Assembly (NCBI RefSeq): GCF_044704955.1
Contig: NW_027254549.1
Span: forward strand, 62,001-126,000
Direction: 5' to 3'
Origin: Pristiophorus japonicus
Taxonomy: Eukaryota
DNA: 64,000 nt
Positions 14,738 to 27,477 of the stretch are shown one piece after another. Made by a program: the position numbers and the translations under genes. Each line of letters starts with the position of its first letter. Within the stretch, counting starts at the first letter, position 1. The notes beneath the pieces were generated by a model. It made no database searches, was not told where the DNA came from, and saw only the letters and a program-made list of their open reading frames with translations.

Positions 14738-15765
14738 ATTCCTGAGGAAAAGAAACCAGCTTCAGACAGACATCACCTGCTGCTGGAGGGCCATCAACTC
14801 GGTCAAAGACGCTCTTTGGTCTTGCCGAAACTTGCTGGTCTTCCAGAACAAGGAGATGACCACGTCCGCATGTTGCAGACTGGCGCAATCCAAGATCCAG
14901 GAATACGTGCTGAGGGACGCACTGAAAATTGGTGCAGTCGCCGCAAAGGCACGGTGGGGAAGGGCCACAGTCTAAATCCCTTCCGCCACGGAAAACCCGG
15001 GGGCAGAAATCAGCACCAAACTCCCTCGGGCTGTATTTGTAATTTACACTTTGTGTACATAGAGCACCAAATCTGTAAACACCAATGTCGTGTCATGTAC
15101 AATGCAAGGTGTGTTATGAAATGCATGTTTGAAAAGAAAAAAATGTAAATGTACCGTCACCCATTCCGGGCACTGTATTGTAACACATAAAATGTAATTT
15201 GTGTAAATGTACCACAATGTACCCTGTTAATTGTACTGAATCGCAGTTGAACAGAAAAACGAGAAATGTAACGAACGGAACTGCCGTCAGCACCCAGATG
15301 TATTGTATGGGATTGCTGACCGCAGCAAAATGTAATGAAATGCCCTTGAATGTACTGTACAGATTCTTTTTATGAATAAAGTATATTTTGAAATTTAAAA
15401 AAAAGAAACCAGCTTTGAAAAAAGGTGCCAAGAAAGCCATCAAGAAAACACCACCGAAGGGCGGCAAGAAGCGCCGAAAGTCAAGGAAGGAGAGTTATGC
15501 TATCTACATCTACAAAGTGATGAAGCAGGTTCACCCCGACACCGGCATCTCCTCCAAGGCCATGGGCATCATGAATTCGTTTGTGAACGATATTTTTGAG
15601 CGCATCGCGAGTGAGGCTTCCCGCCTGGCCCAAAACAACAAGCGCCGCACCATCAGCTCCTGGGAGATCCAGACCGCCGTGCGCCTGCTGCTGCCCGGGG
15701 AGCTGGCCAAGCACGCCGTGTCGGAAGGGACAAAGGCGGTGACCAAGTACACCAGCTCCAAGTAA
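14738..15765 (+). pseudogene. H2B: Histone H2B pseudogene interrupted by Tx1
   Basis: Start codon is ATT (14738) where the intact copy has ATG; 638-bp insert after codon 8; core substitutions (AQNNK, SSWEI); stem-loop 15806-15821 intact. Confidence 0.9.
14763..15400 (+). mobile_element. 5'-truncated Tx1/L1-clade retrotransposon
   Basis: Frame 14763..14975 reads ...CWRAINSVKDALWSCRNLLVFQ...CCRLAQSKIQEYVLRDALKIG...WGRATV*, a Tx1-like ORF2 end; AATAAA at 15375; A tail; 15-bp TSD aaaagaaaccagctt (14748-14762, 15401-15415). Confidence 0.85.
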
Positions 15766-16770
15766 AACTCCACGCTGTCCTGACAGAACAAACCCCAAAC
15801 ACAACGGCTCTTTTAAGAGCCACTCACAACATCATTGAAAGAGCTGCACAAACACATCACCCTTTAGACTGAATTTACTGTAATTATTTCCCGAACAAGT
15901 GTGTGTGAGAACCTTTGTAGTTCCAGCTGTAGATTTAGTTTTGAATTCTCATAAGTAGCTTCACTGACCGGCTTGACCTTGGCGTCGCTGGAATTTCCTG
16001 CAGTGAGTAAACTACAAATATGGTGCCTGGTCGCTTTCCCTTTGTTCTCAGACCCGTTCATTCACAGCGCCTGCTGACGAATTTATTTTTGGGGGGCAGG
16101 GAAACTCCGATTTCAGTCACATTCTCACTCAAGTCCTTTTCACTTTTTTAAAAATTCCGTTCCCGCTCTGTCTGTTTATTAACCCGAGAGTCCCCGCAGT
16201 GTAACAACCCAGAATGGGAGTTCTTAGAGACTAGAACAGGGGCAATTTGAACACTGTCCCTCTTTTTACAGAAGGAATCTCAGTTCTGGTCTCACTCCCA
16301 CAGCAGCTCCTGTGAAAAGATGGAGCTGGAATGTGTCCCGTTACAGAATCAGTGGGGACTGAGTCCCGCCCGTTACAGACAGTTTGAAACTGAAGCCGAA
16401 TTTAATCCTGATTGTTACAGGCTGGAATTTGCAAGTAATGAGACAAAAGGAAACAATTATTACATGTAATAAGACAAAAGGAAACAAAAAGTGCTTTGAA
16501 GTATTTGGCTAATGGTGAAGTTACTAACATAATCTGCAATTTTACAATTATTGGCGGAGTTTTTGAATTAAAAAAATCGTTAAGTTCTGACTGTTGAGAA
16601 CCAGTAATTTCCACCCTCCTTTCATTGGTGGACGAAGCAGGCTGTGATTGGGAATCGGAAATGACCAATGAAATTCACCACAGAGTCACCAATCACAAGT
16701 TCGCTCCCTGCATCCCTCCAGAAGCTATAAGAAGGGCAGATGTGGGAAGAGTTTCTGATTCTTTCTCTAA

Positions 16771-17172
<402 letters not shown>

Positions 17173-17480
17173 AGCAGACAAGATTTAATCTAATAACTTA
17201 AAGGCTCTTCTCAGAGCCACCCACAGTTTCTGAAAGGGCTGCTTACTGTCTTAATGGAGACCTTGAGTTCAAGTACCAATAAATTGGTCTGTTTCAGACC
17301 TGTATGCGGGAATTTTCAGTACCTGGTATCTGCATTACGGTTCTGTGCTCACACAAACTCTCTTCCAGTTAGCAGCGAATAATTGAACGACAGTTATCAG
17401 GGACTCAAAAATTGTATAAAGGCCACAACCAGTTCCCTAAATGTTCTTTAGTCTTTCAATGAAAACTGTATGAAGAGATT

Positions 17481-20400
17481 CATAGAAAATAGGTGCAGGA
17501 GTAGGCCATTTGGCCCTTCGAGCCTGCACCACCATTCAATATGATCATGGCTGATCATTCCATCAGTACCCCTTTCCTGCTTTCTCTCCATACCCCTTGA
17601 TCCCATTAACTGTAAGGGCCATATCTAACTACCTCTTGAATATATCCAATGAACTGGCATCAACAACTCTCTGCGGTAGGGAATTCCACAGGTTAACAAC
17701 TCTTGAGTGAAGAAGTTTCTCCTCATCTCAGTCGTAAATGGCCTACCCCTTATCCTAAGTCTGTGTCCCCTGATTCTGGATTTCCCCAATATCGGGAACA
17801 TTCTACCCGCATCTAACCTGTCCCATCCCGTCAGAATCGTATATATTTCTATGACATCCCCCCCTTATCCTTCTAAACTCCAATGTATAAAGGCCCAGTT
17901 GATCCAGTCTCTCCTCATATGTCAGTCCTACCATCCCAGGAATCAGTCTGATGAACCTTCGCTGTACTCCTCAATAGCAAGAACGTCCTTCCTCAGATTA
18001 GGAGACCAAAACTGAACACAATAGTCCAGGTGAGACCTCACCAAGGCCCTGTACAACTGCAGTAAGACCTCCCTGCTCCTATACTCAAATCCCCGAGCTA
18101 TGAAGGCCAACATACCATTTGCTTTCTTCACCGCCTGCTGTAACTGTATGCTAACATTCAATGACTGATGAACCATGACACCCAGGTCTGGTTGCACTTC
18201 CCTTTTTACTAATCCGCCACCATTCAGATAATATTCTGTCTTTGTGTTTTTGCCCCCAAAGTGGATAACCTCACATTTATCCACATTATACTGCATCTGC
18301 CATGCATTTGCCCACTCATCTAACCTGTCCAAGTCACCCTGCAGCCTCCAAGCATCCCCCTCACAGCTCAAACCGCCACCCAGTTTAGTGTCATCTGCAA
18401 ACTTGGAGATATTACACTCAATTCCTTCATCCAAATCATTGATGTATATTGTAAAGAGCTGGGGTCCCAGCACCGAGCCCTGCGGCACTCCACTAGTCAC
18501 TGCCTGCCATTCTGAAAAGGATCCATTTATCCCGACTGTCTGCTTCCTATCTGCCAACCAGTTCTCTAACCACGTCAGTACATTACCCCCAATACCATGT
18601 GCTTTGACCTTGCACACCAATCTCTTGTGTGGGACCTTGTCAAAAGCCTTTTGAAAGTCCAAATACACCACATCCACTGGTTCTCACTTGTCCATTCTAC
18701 TAGTTACATCCTCAAAAAATTCCAGAAGATTTGTCAAGCATGATTTCCTCTTCATAAATCCATGCTGACTTGGACCGATCCTGTCACTGCTTTCCAAATA
18801 CGCTGCTATTTCATCCTTAATAATGGATTCCAACATTTTCCCCACTACTGATGTCAGGCTAACCGGTCTATAATTACCCGCTTTCTCTCTTTCTCTCTTC
18901 CTCCCTTTTTAAAATGTGGCGTTACATTAGCTACCCTCCAGTCCATAAGAACTGATCCAGAGTCGATAGATTGTTGGAAAATGATCACCAATGCATCCAC
19001 TATTTCTAGGGCCATTTCCTTAAGTATCTGGGATGCAGACTATCAGGCCCCAGGGATTTATCGGCCTTCAATCCCATCAATTTCCCGCCTAATAAGGATA
19101 TCCTTCAGTTCCTCCTTCTCACTAGACCCTCGGTCCCCTAGTACTTCCAGAAGGTTATTTGTGTCTTCCTTCGTGAAGACAGAACCAAAGTATTTGTTCA
19201 ATTGGTCTGCCATTTCTTTGTTCCCCATTATAAATTCACCGGAATCCGACTGCAAGGGATCTACATTTGTCGTCACTAATCTTTTTCTCTTCACATATCT
19301 ATAGAAGCTTTTGCAGTCAGTTTTTATGTTCCCGGCAAGCTTCTTCTCATACTCTATTTCCCCCCTCTTAATTAAACCCTTTGTCCTCCTCTGCTGAATT
19401 TTAAATTTCTTCCACTCCTCAGGTTTGTTGCTTTTTCTGGCCAACTTATATGCCTCTTCCTTGGATTTAGCACTATCCCTAATTTCCCTTGTTAGCCGCG
19501 GTTGAGCCACCTTCCCCATTTTATTTTTACTCCATACAGAGATGTACAATTGCTGAAGTTCATCCATGTGATCTTTAAATGTTTGCCATTGCCTATCCAC
19601 CGTCAACCCTTTAAGTGTCATTTGCCAGTCTATTGTAGCCAATTCATGTCTCAAACCATCGAAGTTACCTTTCCTTAAGTTCAGGACCCTTTTTCTGAAT
19701 TAACTGTATCACACTCCATCTTAATAAATAATTCTATCATGTTATGTCCATTCTTCCCCAAGGGGTCTCGCACAACAAGATTGCTAATTAGTCCTTTCTC
19801 ATTACACATCACCCAGCCTAGGATGGCCAGCTCCCTAGTTGGTTCCTCGACATCTTGGCCTAGAAAACCATCCCTAATACACTCCAGGAAATCCTCCTCC
19901 ACCGCATTGCTACCAGTTTGGTTAGCCCAATCAATATGTAGATTAAAGTTACCCATGATAACTGATGTATTTTTATTGCATGCATCCCTAATTTCTTGTT
20001 TGATGCTGTCCCCAACCTTACTACTACTGTTTGGTGGTCTGTACACAACTCCCACTAGCGTTTTCTGCCCCTTGGTATTCTGTAACTCCATCCATACCGA
20101 TTCTACATCATCCAAGCTAATGTCCTTTCTTACTATTGCATTAATTTCCTCTTTAACCAGCAATGCCACCCCGCCTCATTTTCCTTTCTGTCTATCCTTC
20201 CTAAATGTTGAATACCCCTGGATGTTGAGTTCCCAGCCTTGGTCACCCTGCAGCCATGTCTCTGATGCCAATTACATCATACCCGTCAACTGCTATCTGC
20301 ACAGTTAATTTGTCTACCTTATTCCAAATACTCCTTGCATTGAGGCACAGAGCCATCAGGCTTGTCTTTCTAACACTCTGTGCCCCTTTAGAATGTTGGT

Positions 20401-20715
20401 GTAATGTGGCCCTTTTTGCTTTTTGCCTTAGGTTTCTCTGCCCTCCACTTTTACTTTGCTTCTTTGTATCTTTTGTTTCTGCCCCCATTCTACTTCCCTC
20501 TGTCTCCCTGCATCGGTTCCCATCCACCTGCCATATTAGTTTAACTCCTCCCCAACAGCACTAGCAAACACTCCCACTTGGACATTGGTTCCAGTCCTGC
20601 CCAGGTGCAGACCTCCGGTTTGTACTGCTCCCACCTCCGCCAGAACCGGTTCCAATGTCCCAAAATTTGTATCCCTCCCTTGTGCACCACTCCTCAAGCC
20701 ACGTATTCATCTGAG
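17481..20715 (-). mobile_element. CR1 LINE (ORF1 end plus broken ORF2)
   Basis: APE fragments (CLNARS, GVVYRPP) and RT fragments (YLDFQKAFD, FADD) spread over several frames. Confidence 0.95.
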
Positions 20716-20840
20716 TCAGCGATTGTTAAAATGGCCTAGTTTAATTCTGGTCTGGTTTGAGAGTTCGAATGCTGGTTCTATTCCCGGGAGCTCCGGCCGT
20801 TCCCGGGCTGTGTATTGCTCTCCTAAGCCGGTCATTTTAG

Positions 20841-20927
20841 ACCTACACTGAGCAGCCAAGCGCAAGACGGTCACTGCCATGGATGTGGTTTACACTCTGA
20901 AACGGCAGGGCCGCACTCGCTGGATTC
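20841..20927 (+). pseudogene. H4: Histone H4 3' fragment
   Basis: acctacactgag...gccaagcgcaagacggtcactgccatggatgtggtt; downstream flank matches 12640-12900. Confidence 0.85.
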
Positions 20928-21136
20928 AACGTGTCCCTCTCCCCCAAGCACAAAGCAAAGGCTCCACTAAGTTGCACCCACTGCCTCGCAGTAGGGGGAA
21001 GGAGAGATAGTTGATTAACATTTTGTTCTGTATAGATATATATTTTTCGCCAAGGTCTATATATTTTAAATCAGCATATGCACGATGGACGGAATATCCT
21101 TTTAGTTTCAGAATTATAGACATTTATCGTCGAAGC

Positions 21137-21420
21137 TTACAACACGGAATGAGGCCACTTTGGCCCATCGTGTCCGTGCCGGCCAACAAAAGGCTATCCA
21201 GCCGAATCCCGCTTTCCAGCTTTAGGTCCGTAACCCTGCAGGTTACGGCACTTCAAGTGAACCTCCAAGTAGTTTTAAATAACGTAAGGGTTTCTGCCTC
21301 TACCTCCCTTTCAGGCAGTGTGTTCCAGACCCCCACAACCCTCTACGTGAAGACATTTCCCCTCGAACCTTCGACCAATTACTTTAAATGTATGCCTCCT
21401 GTGGTGAGGGAAATAGGCCC
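21137..21420 (-). mobile_element. CR1-like 3' fragment of a second family
   Basis: Similar to 60550-60870 and, inverted, to 61640-61855; absent from the paralogous spacer near 12860. Confidence 0.7.
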
Positions 21421-21764
21421 TTTACGGCACAGAAGGTATGGCATATTTCAGGTGAAGGTAATACTGAAACAACTAATGTAGTTACAGCAGTGACCGATAA
21501 GAAAGGTTAAATTAAACGGTGGGAGGAAGGCAGCATCAGGTCGGAAGGACAGTGAGGGTCTTTTGCCCTCATAGAAGGACTTCCAAATCCTGACCAGAAG
21601 TGACCCTCAGACAATCTTGGTTATAAACGGGTCAATGTCTGTCGAACATGTAGATATCTCGATCGATAAAGAAGAGTATGGCTCGGGAGGGGATGTAACT
21701 GATGACCTACCTCAAGCATTTGAGATTGTGGCGAGCAGTAAATCTGATTGGATGTTTAAAGAGA

Positions 21765-21886
21765 CCAATCAGAGATACAGAACAATGGAAATTGACAACG
21801 CAGCCAATGAACCAATCACAATCGTTGCCTTCACCTATCCATCATTAGCATAGGGCTGTGGGCGGGCTGTGGAGCTGCCTATATAA
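21765..21886 (+). promoter_or_regulatory. H2B promoter
   Basis: Three CCAAT boxes, octamer variant ATTAGCAT (21844-21851), GC box and TATATAA (21880). Confidence 0.8.
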
Positions 21887-21938
21887 TGCGAGCTCCGAGC
21901 TGAAATTTTTTCATATCTGGACCGGACCGAACAAGACG

Positions 21939-22313
21939 ATGCCTGAGGAAAAGAAAACAGTTACTTCCAAGAAAGGCGCCAAGAAAGTTAAGAAAACACC
22001 ACCGAAGGGAGGCAAGAAGCGCAGAAAGTCGAGGAAGGAGAGTTACTCTATCTACATCTACAAAGTGATGAAGCAGGTTCATCCCGACACTGGCATTTCC
22101 TCCAAGGCCATGGGCATCATGAACTCATTTGTGAACGATATTTTCGAGCGCATTGCGGGTGAGGCTTCCCGCCTGGCCCATTATAACAAGCGATCCACAA
22201 TCAGTTCTCGGGAGATCCAGACCGCCGTGCGCCTGCTGTTGCCCGGGGAGTTGGCCAAGCACGCCGTATCGGAAGGGACAAAGGCGGTCACTAAGTACAC
22301 CAGCTCTAAGTAA
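21939..22313 (+). CDS. H2B: Histone H2B, replication-dependent, 124 aa
   Basis: MPEEKK...[26 protein letters not shown]...TKYTSSK; promoter and stem-loop intact. Confidence 0.97.
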   Translation: MPEEKKTVTSKKGAKKVKKTPPKGGKKRRKSRKESYSIYIYKVMKQVHPDTGISSKAMGIMNSFVNDIFERIAGEASRLAHYNKRSTISSREIQTAVRLLLPGELAKHAVSEGTKAVTKYTSSK

Positions 22314-22353
22314 AACTCCACGCTGTCCTGACAGAACAAACCCCAAACACAAC

Positions 22354-22394
22354 GGCTCTTTTAAGAGCCACCCACAACGTTTCTGAAAGAGCTG
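22354..22394 (+). terminator. Histone 3' stem-loop plus HDE
   Basis: GGCTCT-TTTA-AGAGCC ACCCA followed by GAAAGAGCTG. Confidence 0.95.
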
Positions 22395-23036
22395 CACAAA
22401 CGCATCACCCTTTAAACTCAATTTACTGTCGTTATTTTCTGAGCAAGTGTGATGACATTTAAAGTTCCAGCTGTAGATTTAGATTTGAATTCTCAGATAG
22501 CGGTTTTACTATCCGGTTCAACCTTAGCTTCGCTGATGAATTTTCCTCCCAATAAACTGTACACACTGTCCCTGGTCGCCTGCCAATTAATTATGATCTT
22601 GTTTTAGAGGATGAAACAAAGACTTCATTCTCTCTCAAGCCCTTTACAATATAAAAAAAATTCTAGTTCGGGTCAGCCCGCTTATTAATCCGAGATTCCG
22701 AGTGCAACAGCCTAGACTGGGAGTTCTTACAGAGACCAGAACAGGGAGTTTGAACCCTGTGTCCCTCTTCTCTTTTCACAGAAGGACTCCCAGTTCTGGT
22801 CTCACTCCCGCCTGTGCGGAGGATCGATCCATGATCTGTGATTCCCAAATTGTACAAAGATTGAGCTGGAATGTGTCCTGTTACAGAATGTTTGAAACTG
22901 AACCCGAATTTAAACCTGATTGTAACACCCTGGAATTTGGAAGGTAATATGGAATACGGCAATAGGAAATAAAAAGTGTTTGGAAATCTTTGGCTAATGG
23001 TGAATTTATTAATTTAATCCGCATTGTAAAAATTAT

Positions 23037-23648
<612 letters not shown>

Positions 23649-23678
23649 AGCGGACAAGATTTAATCTAATAACCCAAA

Positions 23679-23719
23679 GGCTCTTTTCAGAGCCACCCAC
23701 AGTATCTTTGAAAGGGCTG
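23679..23719 (+). terminator. Histone 3' stem-loop plus HDE
   Basis: GGCTCT-TTTC-AGAGCC ACCCA followed by GAAAGGGCTG. Confidence 0.95.
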
Positions 23720-23788
23720 CTTACTGTCTTAATGCAGTCAGTCATTTAATTCATGTACCGATAGATGGGCCTGTTTTAGACCTGTAAA

Positions 23789-24061
23789 TATAGAAAATAG
23801 GTGCAGGAGTAAGCCATTCGGTCCTTCGAGCCTGCACCACCATTCAATAAGATCATGGCTGACCATTCCCTAAGTACCCCTTTCCTGCTTTCTCTCCATA
23901 CCCCTTGATCCCTTTAGCTATAAGGGCCGCATCAAACTCCCTCTTGAATATATCAAACGAACTGGCATCAACAACTCTGCCGTAGGGAATTCCACAGGTT
24001 AACAACTCTTGAGTGAAGAAGTTTCTCCTCATCTCAGTCCTAAATGGCTTACCCCTTATCC
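23789..24061 (-). mobile_element. CR1 3'-terminal fragment
   Basis: Begins tagaaaataggtgcaggag; absent from the paralogous spacer near 17300. Confidence 0.88.
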
Positions 24062-24667
24062 GTATGAGAGTTTTCAGTTCCCAGTATCTGCATTACGGTT
24101 CTCTGCTCACACATACACGCTTCCTGTTAACAGCGAATTGTCACTCAACAATTGTATAAATACCGCTACCGGTTCTTTAAATATTCTTTAATCTGTCTGA
24201 AAACTAGAGAGTCGTCGGTGATGAATTAATGTAGTAATAAAAGGGCCTAGTTTAATTCTGGTCTGGTGTGAGATAAGTTTGAATGCTGGTTCTGTTCTCG
24301 GGAGCTCCGGCCGTTCCCGGGCTGTGTATTTCTCTGCTAAGCCGGTCAGTTTAGACCGCACTGCATCAGCGAGCGATGTACACACACAGGACCCGGGTCA
24401 ATTGCAGTCCTTCCCAGATCTGCCTGCCCCCATTCTCCGACAACGCCGAATGGGGAAATCTGTGCTCTGCCCCGGGGAACTCGAGGTCAGAGCGACGCAA
24501 AGCCGATGTCAGTTTCTGAAAATATTAAAGGGCTCATTAATTAATCGTCAATAACTCCCATGTGAAGGGAGCTGGTATATGAACACACGATCAGTAATCA
24601 GTCCACCGCACTCTGCCCGTCCCTACAATGGGTTAATGAACACGAAGCTTTGGTTACAAGAGATCGT

Positions 24668-24707
24668 AGCTCTTTCCTTTGCTGATTTGGTGGCTCTGAG
24701 AAGAGCC
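24668..24707 (-). terminator. H3 stem-loop plus HDE
   Basis: Minus strand GGCTCT-TCTC-AGAGCC ACCAA followed by GAAAGAGCT. Confidence 0.93.
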
Positions 24708-24752
24708 GTTGTTGCACTTGGTGCCGAAGCTTCGAGCCGAGGCAGGGGGAGT

Positions 24753-25178
<426 letters not shown>

Positions 25179-25775
25179 TCAGCACAATCTGGGACACATA
25201 GATTGTTAATGCAGAATGGCCTCTGGGGCCTCCTTTTAAAGTGTGTGAGGGTCCGCCCCGGGGATGTGATTGGCGGTCAGGCTCCAGCCAATCAAGTTTG
25301 ACCCAAGCACCGAGAGTGAAAATGAAGGGCGGGGATTACTGGGCCCTGATTGGCTGAACTGAAACTGACAGTTCGTTAATTTCAAAAAGCCCGCCAATTT
25401 CACAGGATCAACCAACAGAGATTAAATAAAATCTAATTTCCCGCCAGCAATTTAAGAATCCGCTCCTTATAACGGCGATTGTGCCCCATTATAAGTCACC
25501 AATCCCATTCTCTGTAACATTCCGGTTTGAATTATGTTCTATTCCCTGATCGGTCTGTACAGGGCGGGAATAAATCCCCGGTCACTGCTTCCTGTAAACA
25601 CAAAGTCCCGCATCGATCCCGCCAGTGCCATACCATTTAATCGATTCTCACACAGAAACCTCACATGACAGGAATTATGTGAGGAGACTGTGTATCCCGC
25701 CCGGTAATTATGACTGTCAGCCGGAGTTTCTGATCTCTCATATTTACAATAGTTGTAAAATATTTAATTCCCATA

Positions 25776-25864
25776 TTCCTACAGCGACTACACTCTCAAA
25801 GTACTTCATTGGTGTTGAGACATTGGTCGTGAAAGGCGCTATATAAATCCAAATCTTTCTTTCC
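25776..25864 (+). mobile_element. Deu-SINE/L2-type 3' tail fragment
   Basis: gactacactctcaaagtacttcattgg...gaaaggcgctatataaatccaaatctttc. Confidence 0.6.
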
Positions 25865-25950
25865 ATTAATTAAACAGCCGAAACCATTTCCCAACCAAAC
25901 TGTCCGCGCTCCGATCCCCAGGTCGTTGCTCTCTCTGTGAGGCGGTGGGT

Positions 25951-25966
25951 GGCTCTTAGAAGAGCC
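25951..25966 (-). terminator. H4 stem-loop
   Basis: Minus strand GGCTCT-TCTA-AGAGCC ACCCA. Confidence 0.93.
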
Positions 25967-26000
25967 TTTGTGTTGTATTTGGGGGAAAAGGTCGAGTTAT

Positions 26001-26321
<321 letters not shown>

Positions 26322-27028
26322 TCACTCAAACAGCCGCTGAATGAGACGCGAGCTCCTCCCGGCTCTTTTTTATATAGCCGGAGCCGACCTGACTGAGAAA
26401 GCGCAGAGTGAGAGAGGCGGGAAGGGGAGGAGACATAGTCAAGATTGACAGACAGAGCAGAGAGCGGCCTCTGATCTTCCAGCTCCGCCTCCAGCTTTCT
26501 GCAGCCGCCAATTTCAAAACATTTTCCCACAATAGAACCGAAACAGACTCGGAATTTATATTCAAAGCTTCCAGAAACCAGAAGCTTTTAAATGTCTCGT
26601 TAAAATTAGCAATCGCGAATATTCCCGCCTATATACAGCCCCTTCCCTGTTAATCTCCCCACACTTCCTCTCACAGACGGGTTCAGCAGTTTACAAACAC
26701 CTTATTCCAGCTGATTTGGAGAATGTGGTGTTTAGGGTTTGAGTTGTGAGGCGGGGTATCTCCGCCAGTATCACCGTCTCACAGACTCTCCCCCTTACCA
26801 TCTGTGAAATGACAATGACCAGGAACTGAGACTGGAGCCGAACACATCCCCAGTTACAGTGAGGCTCGGGCCGGACATCCCATTCTCTGTGTGTTTTATT
26901 GCAGACACTGGGGGAGGGGTGAGTGCAGCCAATGTCAGCGAGTCACCAGGGATCCTGGCTTCATGTTCAATGTTTTCTGTCTGAAATCTGAGCCCAGCCC
27001 CGGGACAGGGGTCATTTGATTCGGGGAT

Positions 27029-27067
27029 CAGCTCTTTTCTGAGGTGTGGGTGGCTCTGAGAAGAGCC
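27029..27067 (-). terminator. H1 stem-loop plus HDE
   Basis: Minus strand GGCTCT-TCTC-AGAGCC ACCCA followed by AGAAAAGAGCTG. Confidence 0.93.
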
Positions 27068-27477
27068 TTTGTGTTCAGATGTTTACAAGTTGAATTTTTT
27101 ATTTACTTTGTGGGCGTTGCTTTCTTGGGTTTTGCTGATTTGGCCTTGGCCCTCGGTTTTTCCACCTTTTTGGCCGCCTTCACCTTTGCGCCCGAGGCCT
27201 TCTTGGGGCTCTTGGGCTTCGCCGCCGCCGCCTTCTTCCTAGCCGCCGCTTTCGCTGTCTTTTTTACTGTTGGCGCCTTCTTGACCGGAGATTTCTTCGC
27301 TGCTGGTTTCTTGGCCGAAGATTTCTTGGCTGCTGGTTTCTTGGCCGGAGATTTCTTGGCTGCTGGTTTCTTGGCTGGAGTTTTACATAGAAACATAGAA
27401 AATAGGTGCAGGAGTAGGCCACTCGGCCCCTCCAGCCTGCACCGCCATTCAATGAGTTCATGGCTGAACATTCAACT

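Noticed and set aside
15388-15765. Intact H2B starting MKFKKKK
   Set aside because: The start is a TTG inside the Tx1 3' tail; the true start at 14738 is mutated to ATT.
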